Source: a virus
Direction: 5' to 3' (one strand)
Virus record (IMG/VR): IMGVR_UViG_3300005681_000033
Coordinates: 32,001-96,000 of that record
DNA: 64,000 bases
The translations under genes were made by a program, and so were the position numbers. The notes beneath the pieces are model-generated. The model ran no database searches. It was given only the letters and a program-made list of their open reading frames with translations, and was not told the DNA's origin. This document shows positions 28,965-36,845 of the stretch, one piece after another. The stretch's first letter is position 1, and every line of letters starts with the position of its first letter.

Positions 28965-29231
28965 TTATTTTTTGCGTTTTTTATGCATAAATTTCTTTAG
29001 CTTTGAAACGCCTTTCTCTTGTGATTCCGCAGACTTAGACTTGTTAACAACACCCTCTTTGGTTGCAGGAGGAATTTTATCAGGGTCAACCTGAGCTGTG
29101 TAATTTCTGTCCAAAACATCCCGAATTACTTCTTGGGCAACCTTCGGTCCACCCTTTTCTAAAGCAGCTTTGACTACCTTATAAAGAGCTTTCTCTAAGT
29201 CTGTATTTTCTTGTTCTTTTTCTGTTTTCAT
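28965..29231 (-). CDS. small putative head-internal protein
   Basis: LEKA, VVKA, LEKG, VNKS motifs; late motif 4 nt before ATG. Confidence 0.65.
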   Translation of the reverse strand: MKTEKEQENTDLEKALYKVVKAALEKGGPKVAQEVIRDVLDRNYTAQVDPDKIPPATKEGVVNKSKSAESQEKGVSKLKKFMHKKRKK

Positions 29232-29235
29232 ACAC

Positions 29236-29244
29236 TAAAGATTG
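29236..29244 (-). promoter_or_regulatory. candidate late promoter CAATCTTTA (leaderless transcript)
   Basis: CAATCTTTA-GTGT-ATG. Confidence 0.6.
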
Positions 29245-30255
29245 CTATTTTTGTTCGATTGTAACCCAAACTTCATCATCTTCTTCTGTTTGAGTGTTTT
29301 TGTTGCTTAAAATTTTAATGCCAGATTTGAATACCACACCCTCATCTCTATCAGGGTCGTTTAAATCTATAGCCTCAATAAATCGTTTTGGGGTTTTAAC
29401 CCAGCTTTCCTCTACTTGTCCAGAAAGGGTAATCCAACGAGAATAAATATTTTCTTCTTGCATCATTTCGTTTCGCATCATGTCGGTGCAGGATAAATTT
29501 GACAATTGAAAGTTATTGTATTCTAGCAGACCTTCGCGATAACGAAATAAAGAGTATTTGACAACGCTGAACAGGAAGATCAGTAAAGATGGGTCTCCAT
29601 GAGCATGACATCCAATGTTGTATTGTTCTTGAGATGTAGCTCTTTCTCTTCTGGCTCTGTAGGTTGGGTATTGTGGAATAATTACCAATTTACCCTTGGG
29701 CAGTTTAGAGCCTGCTGTAATTTGAACGCCATTGATTCCGGCCTTATCGATAATTTCAAAAGCATTGCCTGTTTTAGGATCAGCTAAAAGCATACCCTTA
29801 CCAACATATCGATATTCAGGAATATCCGTTGGAAGTTCAACGATGCCAGTATCTTTGTCATAAGAGACTGGTGTAAATGAAGAAACTATAGGTTTGATTG
29901 GCTTGCCAATTTCATTTGGCGAATAATCTTCAAAGGCAATAGATGCATCGCCTAATGTAGAAAGGCTTTTATCTTCGTTTGAATTACCGATTGAAATTGT
30001 AATGCATGGGTATTCCATCTTATCTAAACGATGGTGCATATATACAGGAATGTTTGTATTTAAAATAAATTCTTTAGCTCTGGTAATTTCTTTCATACCG
30101 TAGCGTTTAGCAAGAATTGGATTTTCATTTAAAGATGCAAAGACATCCTCTATCAACCAAGGATTTTTACGCATATCTTCTAAAGATAACTCAATTGCTG
30201 TCTTGATAATCAAGTCACCCTGAAAAATACCAATGATATCATCGTATTCTGACAT
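29245..30255 (-). CDS. putative tail terminator/tail completion protein
   Basis: position between neck genes and sheath; YPCITISIG..ED motif. Confidence 0.55.
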   Translation of the reverse strand: MSEYDDIIGIFQGDLIIKTAIELSLEDMRKNPWLIEDVFASLNENPILAKRYGMKEITRAKEFILNTNIPVYMHHRLDKMEYPCITISIGNSNEDKSLSTLGDASIAFEDYSPNEIGKPIKPIVSSFTPVSYDKDTGIVELPTDIPEYRYVGKGMLLADPKTGNAFEIIDKAGINGVQITAGSKLPKGKLVIIPQYPTYRARRERATSQEQYNIGCHAHGDPSLLIFLFSVVKYSLFRYREGLLEYNNFQLSNLSCTDMMRNEMMQEENIYSRWITLSGQVEESWVKTPKRFIEAIDLNDPDRDEGVVFKSGIKILSNKNTQTEEDDEVWVTIEQK

Positions 30256-30257
30256 GG

Positions 30258-31028
30258 TTAATCCTTTCCGTTATACTTCTCAAAAATTGCTGGAAGAATG
30301 TCTTTTTCCCAAGTTTGCATGGCCCAATCAAAAGCCTTATCGAGAATCTTATTGCCTTGTCGACCTGGGTGTACCCACAGACCTTCATTTTTATGTTTTT
30401 CGCTTATTACACGAAAGGTCATAATATCTCTGCGAACACTTCCATCTTTTTGTTTTGTTTGATAAACACTAACGCCCTTAGTTAAAGGGTTTTTGTGAAT
30501 ATCTTTTTGGGCAATTGCTCTTGGATTGTTAAATTGAAACGAATGTAATCTTCCGATTCGTGGACTTCCATCTTCATTTTTTTCAATTTTCTTCCAGGCA
30601 ACGCCCTTTTTTTTCAACTCGTACTGAATCTCTTTAGCCAAGTCATAAGCTTTGGGAGATTGTTCTGTTGGATTTTTATTATGTTTAAATGGTATAATGG
30701 CATATTTTCCATTCTTACCCTGTCTGGCAGATTTACCGTTCAGTAACTCTTCCATAAATCCAGATTTGCGACCTTCTTCAATCCACATCGCTGGTTCTTT
30801 TAAAGTAACTACCCAAAAATTTGGAGCTGGATTTGAGAATTCAACATTGTCCTTATACATTTTAGAAAGACTTGTAAGTTCTTCTGTAGCAAGTTCCAAA
30901 GTTTTAGCGTGAGTCATTGATGCAAGATTTTCTACACCCTTGGTAAGGTCTTCTTGAACATCTTTTTTAACACCGTCTAAATGCTTGGAAAGTCTTTCAA
31001 TATCAACATTAAACTTTAAATTACTCAT
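30258..31028 (-). CDS. putative neck/tail-completion protein (start MSNLK)
   Basis: WIEEG...YAIIPFKH...TFRVIS...WVHPG motifs of myophage neck/completion proteins. Confidence 0.6.
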   Translation of the reverse strand: MSNLKFNVDIERLSKHLDGVKKDVQEDLTKGVENLASMTHAKTLELATEELTSLSKMYKDNVEFSNPAPNFWVVTLKEPAMWIEEGRKSGFMEELLNGKSARQGKNGKYAIIPFKHNKNPTEQSPKAYDLAKEIQYELKKKGVAWKKIEKNEDGSPRIGRLHSFQFNNPRAIAQKDIHKNPLTKGVSVYQTKQKDGSVRRDIMTFRVISEKHKNEGLWVHPGRQGNKILDKAFDWAMQTWEKDILPAIFEKYNGKD

Positions 31029-32786
31029 CGTCTTGACTTGACTGACCAGCTTGATGTGTCGGTCGATCACCCATGTATGGTTTATGACTCTTAGATTTTC
31101 CACCCATTTTTGGATGATGTTGAGGTCTGTTTTTCAAACCAGCCTTATTGTGGTTGGTTGCAGTTGGATCGCCGTCAAAATCTTTCAAAAATCCAGTAGT
31201 TCCTTGTCTCCAGGATTCAGAGCCAGTACGACCATCGATAACTTTTAATTTACCGTGATGCACAGCACCAAGCGGCGGTTGCGGCTTGGGAATGTGTTTC
31301 GTACCCTTGTCTGGCAGGTTCTTAGGGTCTTTCGGAGCCTGCCCGTTTACTTTTTTTCAGATGGTTTTTCATCATTAGGTTGTGCATCTTGGTTAGCTGG
31401 TTGAGCTACCTGGTCTTCACCTTGATCATCAGCTTCAGGCATTGCCTCAGCCATTTGATTAGTATCAGCAGCTTGTTGCATATCTTGCTCTGGAGCAAAA
31501 CCTAATTTTTTAGCCATAGAAATCATAGAACGTAACATGGTTAATGTTGCATTATATAGATCAGGATTTTGTTCGCGTGCTTGCTCTAGCATCATTTTGT
31601 TGTCTTTGAAAGCTAACAATGCATTTGCAATATCTTGTTTCAATTCTTGATGATCAGCATCATCAGCAGAATCATCACCTTCAGGCGACATTTCATCACC
31701 TTCTTGATCATCAGACATATCGTCATGAATCATATCTGCTAATGGATCTTCGTCGCCAGAAGCTGTATCTTCAGAACTTAATTCTTGATCGTCTGAATCT
31801 TCTTCGGAGTCTTCGAACTCACCTTCATGAGGAGCATGATGACCATCAAAAGAATCATCTTCAGAATCATTATCTGGAAGGTCGTCGCTTTGGTCTGGAG
31901 CGTCTTCCATATCTGCCTCGTCTTCTTGTTGCTCACCGTCAGCCGTTCCAAAATCTTCTTCAGTTTTTCCATCGATTTCTCCGTGTTTTTGTTTAGGAGA
32001 TTTGTTTGCAGGTGCAGAATCATCAGGACTATTTAAAGCTTCTTCGTTGTCGTCGGACACATCATCCTCATTTCCAATTGGAGCTTCATCAGAATCATCA
32101 GAATCTGAATCAGCATCTTGTGCGTTAGGGTCAGCTGCTGGTGGTGTAGCAGGTGCAGGTTTATTCATAGCTTTGTTTTTTGGCATAGCTTTGTTATCTT
32201 GAATATTTGTATTTGCTTCAGCCTCTGCACCTTCTTCAGCAGGAGCTTTTGGAACAATACTGTCTTCCTCAGCACCTTCTTCTGGTGCTACTTCTTCAGC
32301 TTGTGATTCGTTATCTTCCATAGCTTGATCTTCTAGATCACCTTCAGCTGGAATTTCTGGAGCTTGGTCAATATCTTGTGATGGATCTTCATCACTAGAT
32401 TCGTCTGAAAGATAATCTTCCATATTAGGATCATAGTGAATCGTTTGATTTTTACCATTCATTTTGCCATAGATTAGGGCTTTAGAAGCCTGTGACATAG
32501 AAGCGCCCACACCAACAGTTAAACCATGACCAGACGATTCTTGATAATCTTGTCTGATGGAATCCATTTGCGCAAGAGCGTCGTCTGGAACTAAATAAAT
32601 AGCTTCATCTCCAGAGCCAGTGATTTTTTTACCACCAATTCCCTCTGCCCATTCATCGATCTTTTTGTGTGCTTGATCAATAGTAGAACTTGCGTTCGCT
32701 AAATCCTGGTGATCATCATTGGCAATTGCGTTACCAATTCTAGTACCAACATCATCTCCGTTCACCGCCAAGTAGACATTACCCAT
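31021..32786 (-). CDS. predicted -1 frameshift fusion product (~588 aa) of the mCpol-like gene with a basic 109-aa extension
   Basis: A_AAA_AAG at 31356-31350 directly before TAA; -1 frame open 31350-31021; pseudoknot 6 nt downstream. Confidence 0.7.
31303..31356 (-). promoter_or_regulatory. programmed -1 ribosomal frameshift signal (slippery heptamer + H-type pseudoknot)
   Basis: A_AAA_AAG; stem GGCAGG(31343-38)/CCTGCC(31318-13); loop ACCCT(31328-24) pairs with AGGGT(31307-03). Confidence 0.75.
31347..32786 (-). CDS. mCpol-like (minimal CRISPR polymerase / nucleotide cyclase palm) domain fused to long acidic disordered region
   Basis: YLAVNGDDVG...ND...L...S...GG..I..SGDE...LTVGVG....A.KAL..GK..GKN in first ~120 aa. 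Confidence 0.7.
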   Translation of the reverse strand: MGNVYLAVNGDDVGTRIGNAIANDDHQDLANASSTIDQAHKKIDEWAEGIGGKKITGSGDEAIYLVPDDALAQMDSIRQDYQESSGHGLTVGVGASMSQASKALIYGKMNGKNQTIHYDPNMEDYLSDESSDEDPSQDIDQAPEIPAEGDLEDQAMEDNESQAEEVAPEEGAEEDSIVPKAPAEEGAEAEANTNIQDNKAMPKNKAMNKPAPATPPAADPNAQDADSDSDDSDEAPIGNEDDVSDDNEEALNSPDDSAPANKSPKQKHGEIDGKTEEDFGTADGEQQEDEADMEDAPDQSDDLPDNDSEDDSFDGHHAPHEGEFEDSEEDSDDQELSSEDTASGDEDPLADMIHDDMSDDQEGDEMSPEGDDSADDADHQELKQDIANALLAFKDNKMMLEQAREQNPDLYNATLTMLRSMISMAKKLGFAPEQDMQQAADTNQMAEAMPEADDQGEDQVAQPANQDAQPNDEKPSEKK

Positions 32787-33324
32787 TTTGCAACTCCTTA
32801 ATTTTATTACTTTTCTTTAAATTTTCTGAAGCTGGCAAATACTGCAAATTCCAAGGAACATGCAATCCACAAACATCTGGATGATTTAAAGGAATGATAT
32901 GATCGACATGAAATCCTTTTGGACAATTGTTGTAAATATCTTTAATTTCATTCATTACATTTGTAAAAGTAGCTTTTTGAACTTTAGCTCTTCTAATACT
33001 TGCTTTATAAGCAATTTTACTTTTGTTATTTGAAGCCCATTGTTTTTCTCTAGCTCTATACTTTTCTTTATTTGCTAAATAATAGTTTTTACGATACTCA
33101 AGTATTTCTGGCTTGATTGCAATCAATCTTGAATATTCTTTCATTTTTGAAATACCATAGTCACTTGATCTATATTTTTTATCTGCTTTGGATTGCCAAG
33201 ATTTTACCTTATCTTTATTCCTTGCTCTATATTGTTTTTGATAAGTATAATGACAAGTTTTACACCATCTCTGTGTAAACTCTGTTAGATTTTTCTCTAC
33301 TTTGCATTTCGTACATTTTTTCAT
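32779..33324 (-). CDS. HNH homing endonuclease
   Basis: N-terminal CxxC pairs; HVDHIIPL...CGLHVPWNLQYL...N. Confidence 0.85.
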   Translation of the reverse strand: MKKCTKCKVEKNLTEFTQRWCKTCHYTYQKQYRARNKDKVKSWQSKADKKYRSSDYGISKMKEYSRLIAIKPEILEYRKNYYLANKEKYRAREKQWASNNKSKIAYKASIRRAKVQKATFTNVMNEIKDIYNNCPKGFHVDHIIPLNHPDVCGLHVPWNLQYLPASENLKKSNKIKELQNG

Positions 33325-34214
33325 TTTTTAGCTCTCAAAGCCTCTAAAAGCATTTCTACATTTTCAATATCAAAATTTTTAGGAAATTTGATTTTTACGG
33401 TACCATCTACATTTTTCATAATTTTGATAGACTTGGCCATAAATTCACCGTAGCAAATACACGGAATAATTTCTTCTGATTCTTTTTTATGAATTGTGGT
33501 TTTACAATCTGGACATTTAACATCTTCACTCTTGTCCATTTCTACAGACTCTTGACGCTTTTTTTCTAAATTGTCAAGGAATTGTCGCAACTTACTCTTT
33601 TTATTATCTTCCATTGGCGTTTCTTCCTTTGGTTCAGGCTTTTCTTGTACAGATTCAAAATGACTATGTAATCTTGCCTGAATCATCTTTTGAATAGCCT
33701 CTCGTTCAGAGATACGCTTATCAACCACATCCTTAATCATGTTGTGCATCATTAAACGTTGATCGATCAGGTCTTGTAGTTTATCGATTTTTTGTTGTTC
33801 TGGTTCAGAAGGTTCTTTTTTAAGATCTTCGATTTTATCTAAATCATAAAGCTCAAATACACTTAATAAAATTAAGCCAATTGAAGGAAGAGATCTATGA
33901 TAGAATTCATATTTGACCTTACCTTCTTGTGTAATATTACCACTGTAGTTGTCAGCACCAAGTTTGTTAACATGAAGTTTTGCACCAAGTGCCCATGGAA
34001 TATCTAAGTCAGCAATGTCATTAGCCGATAAATGCTTAAGATTAAAGAATAGAAACGACAAAACTGCTCGTGGAACAATCTCCAGAGCTACTCTGATTTC
34101 TTCGGGTTGTAGAGCCGTCTTAGTTTCTGGTTTATAAATCGCTGATTTTTTCAATTCATCGAATATATCTTTACCTAGAATACTTTTGACGATTTTGACG
34201 TCTTTAAGTTTCAT
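33321..34214 (-). CDS. putative head-associated protein with C-terminal Zn ribbon
   Basis: IVKS, LKKS, MDKS, MAKS motifs; CPDC...CIC. Confidence 0.6.
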   Translation of the reverse strand: MKLKDVKIVKSILGKDIFDELKKSAIYKPETKTALQPEEIRVALEIVPRAVLSFLFFNLKHLSANDIADLDIPWALGAKLHVNKLGADNYSGNITQEGKVKYEFYHRSLPSIGLILLSVFELYDLDKIEDLKKEPSEPEQQKIDKLQDLIDQRLMMHNMIKDVVDKRISEREAIQKMIQARLHSHFESVQEKPEPKEETPMEDNKKSKLRQFLDNLEKKRQESVEMDKSEDVKCPDCKTTIHKKESEEIIPCICYGEFMAKSIKIMKNVDGTVKIKFPKNFDIENVEMLLEALRAKK

Positions 34215-34216
34215 TT

Positions 34217-34681
34217 TTAATCTCTAATGCGTGTATACTCAATACTTGAATCGTCATCGATTAAAAAACCAGCAACAGAAATAGCATTGTGCCATCGACC
34301 AGTGGAAACAACAGAATTAGCAGGACATGGAATTGCTGCAATAACATCAGGCGCTACATTTTTCCATTTTGCAGAATCAAAAGTGCCAGTGATTGCATCT
34401 TGCATGGCTAAGTATACAAAACCACCTTGAGTAACAACGTCGCCTTGTTGATAGGTTCTAGCCGAATCATACGCCTTACCAAGCATTGAAAGAGTGTAAG
34501 GACCAGCAGCAATTAGAATTAATTTACCAGCTCCAACAGGCTCGTTTGCTGAATAAGCACGCGCAGGTGTAGGTTGAACCACAATAACTTTGTCAGCTCC
34601 AACAGCGTCGTTGTATTTAATAGCATCAATAGCACCTAAGTCTTGGTTTGTATTGACACTTCTATTTGGTTTCTTTGCCAT
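34217..34681 (-). CDS. virion protein with CBM5/12-like carbohydrate-binding module
   Basis: YDSARTYQQGDVVTQGGFVYLA......W; AGGAG RBS. Confidence 0.65.
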   Translation of the reverse strand: MAKKPNRSVNTNQDLGAIDAIKYNDAVGADKVIVVQPTPARAYSANEPVGAGKLILIAAGPYTLSMLGKAYDSARTYQQGDVVTQGGFVYLAMQDAITGTFDSAKWKNVAPDVIAAIPCPANSVVSTGRWHNAISVAGFLIDDDSSIEYTRIRD

Positions 34682-34704
34682 GTTCAAATCTCCTAATTAT
34701 ACCT

Positions 34705-34713
34705 TAAAGATTG
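34705..34713 (-). promoter_or_regulatory. candidate late promoter CAATCTTTA
   Basis: exact motif in short intergenic gap. Confidence 0.6.
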
Positions 34714-34725
34714 TCATTTAGATGG

Positions 34726-35604
34726 TTAATCTTCAAAATCCCTAACATCTACGCGGATTTGGTAGTCGTTAGGCTCTATATTTTCTACCGGTTCGTCCTG
34801 AGTTCTTGGGGTTTCCGTCTTAACATTTGTTTCTTTTTTGTCACCACGTGGTTTGTTGTGGTAAACGTATTCTCTTTGAATAATCGCATGATAGGGCAGT
34901 CTAGCCGGTGCATTTGCATCACTGGTATTTGTAATCCTAACCTCATTAATAAGGCGCTGGACATACCAAAAAGCCACATACATATATCTAACACCGTATA
35001 AGCGACCTTTTCCGGTCGATGGGTCAATTCCAGGGTTTCTTTTGCCGTCAATCCATTGAATGTCACCATCGGAATTTACAATAAAATCAACACCTTCGTT
35101 ATATTGGACGTTGTTTGAATCTCTCAAAATTTGAACGCATTTGGCTGGAAACTGTAGCGTATCCGATGCTTTAGGTCTGTATTCAACCTCTTGATAATTT
35201 GGCACCCTAACTTCAATTTTTTTAGGGTAGATTCTGTCACCTGGAAGTAAGGCAATTTCTTTTCCACCACCGCAATCTTCATTGTAGAACTTTGGCAACA
35301 CCAATCTCGCTTCTGAGGTATCCATAATACCACCTTCAGAGTGATTGTGCTTTTTGCTATTACCAATAATGGTTCCAACGAATTCGCCTACTTTTGTGTA
35401 AATATATCCGTTTTCAGCAATTGTATCCAACGCTTCAGGTCTACGCAAATCACCACGATCAATCTTTCCAACTGTAGATGGAATAGCAGCAAAATGCTCA
35501 AAAACAACACCCTTGTCTTTGCCAAATTGTTCTTGAGATTCCAAATTGAATTTTATATCAGGTATAATGTCAGGTAATGCCTTGATATCTTCACCAGTGG
35601 CCAT
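34726..35604 (-). CDS. putative neck/head-closure protein
   Basis: ENGYIY, GDRI, Y.EGVDF.V..DG.I.W motifs; position in head-tail block. Confidence 0.55.
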   Translation of the reverse strand: MATGEDIKALPDIIPDIKFNLESQEQFGKDKGVVFEHFAAIPSTVGKIDRGDLRRPEALDTIAENGYIYTKVGEFVGTIIGNSKKHNHSEGGIMDTSEARLVLPKFYNEDCGGGKEIALLPGDRIYPKKIEVRVPNYQEVEYRPKASDTLQFPAKCVQILRDSNNVQYNEGVDFIVNSDGDIQWIDGKRNPGIDPSTGKGRLYGVRYMYVAFWYVQRLINEVRITNTSDANAPARLPYHAIIQREYVYHNKPRGDKKETNVKTETPRTQDEPVENIEPNDYQIRVDVRDFED

Positions 35605-36137
35605 TAGTATCCCTTTTTAATGCCTTTAAGATTTAACTCGTGTACTTTTTCTTTTAGGGCTCTTGCAATGCCTTTAGCTGTTCCTACGTTTTTGTCGACA
35701 ACTTCTTTGTAATCAAAACCACCGTTTTTTAAAACTAATGTTTGATCTTCAATTTCGCTAGAATATTGACCTAGTGTAAGTCCGTGTTTATAAAGAACAA
35801 AATCAATTTTATTGCCCTTAGAAAGGATGTACAATTCAACACCTTTTGCGATCATTTCGCTAGGTAAATATTCTGTTCTTGCTTCAACTTTCTCTAGTTG
35901 ATCTTGCTCTGATTTAAAAATTGCTGGTTCGAAATCAGCACCGTATTCTTTTGTTAATTGATGTGCAACTAGGGCTTGGTGAGAACCTGCAGCCAAGGCT
36001 TCAGCTTGAGAAGAAGATTTCTTCTTTTTGCCTACAGCTACATAAAAACCACCGTGGGTTTTAACGACCTTGACGTCATCTCCGTGTAAATTTCCAATAA
36101 CCTTAATTGATTCAACCTCTGATGGAAGTATATTCAT
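35604..36137 (-). CDS. putative head-associated hypothetical protein
   Basis: GAGG RBS; IFKS/IAKG/LSKG motifs; CAATCTTTT upstream. Confidence 0.6.
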   Translation of the reverse strand: MNILPSEVESIKVIGNLHGDDVKVVKTHGGFYVAVGKKKKSSSQAEALAAGSHQALVAHQLTKEYGADFEPAIFKSEQDQLEKVEARTEYLPSEMIAKGVELYILSKGNKIDFVLYKHGLTLGQYSSEIEDQTLVLKNGGFDYKEVVDKNVGTAKGIARALKEKVHELNLKGIKKGY

Positions 36138-36200
36138 TTTTTACCTCTGTATTACTTATCTATATAAAAGATTGTGATTATTGATGAAAATAACAGATAA

Positions 36201-36845
36201 CTAATTGATTTTATTGCTTTTCTTTAAATTATCAACCATCCAAAGAGGTTGTAAATTCGTATAATGACACGCCTTAATGATTTCTTCTCTGTCCGTTAGA
36301 TTAAAACTTGACAATGGCTTGATGTGATCGATATGCCAACCAAATTTACCGTAGTTATTCCAAGACATATTTTTCTCAAATTTTGTTTCTATGTATTTTT
36401 TAAAAAAATCTAGAGTACAACCTAGATCTTTTATAGCAGAACCAGGTTTATTTCTATTGATTGCGTTATTTAGCCTAGTTCTTAGATTACAAGCAATGCG
36501 AAATTGTAAATCTTCTTTTTTTCTCTTTTTGTGATTAGTAACGCTTTTTTTAATTAAAATATTTCTATTAGCTTCGTAATATGCCTTGCTTTTTGCTTTA
36601 ATTTTATCTGGATTTTTCAGGCTATAGTTTTTATAAATAGTTTTCATTTTTTCTACATTGTTTTTTCTATAAAAACCATTTTTAGCCAATTCTTTTGTTT
36701 TGTTTTTGTTGTAATACACTTGTCTGTATTGTTTTTGACAAATTTTACAAATATCTCGAAAACCTGTTTTTGAAGAACAATGTTTGTTAAACTCAGTTAT
36801 TTCTTTAATATTTTGGCATTTTTTGCAAAAATGTGTTGTGTTCAT
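36201..36845 (-). CDS. HNH endonuclease
   Basis: CxxC pairs; WHIDHIKPLSSF...HYTNLQPLW..DN..KSNK. Confidence 0.85.
   Translation of the reverse strand: MNTTHFCKKCQNIKEITEFNKHCSSKTGFRDICKICQKQYRQVYYNKNKTKELAKNGFYRKNNVEKMKTIYKNYSLKNPDKIKAKSKAYYEANRNILIKKSVTNHKKRKKEDLQFRIACNLRTRLNNAINRNKPGSAIKDLGCTLDFFKKYIETKFEKNMSWNNYGKFGWHIDHIKPLSSFNLTDREEIIKACHYTNLQPLWMVDNLKKSNKIN

Noticed and set aside
31021-31263. 80-aa GTG-start ORF as an independent gene
   Set aside because: No SD; the frame is open back to the slippery site, so it is better explained as the frameshift extension
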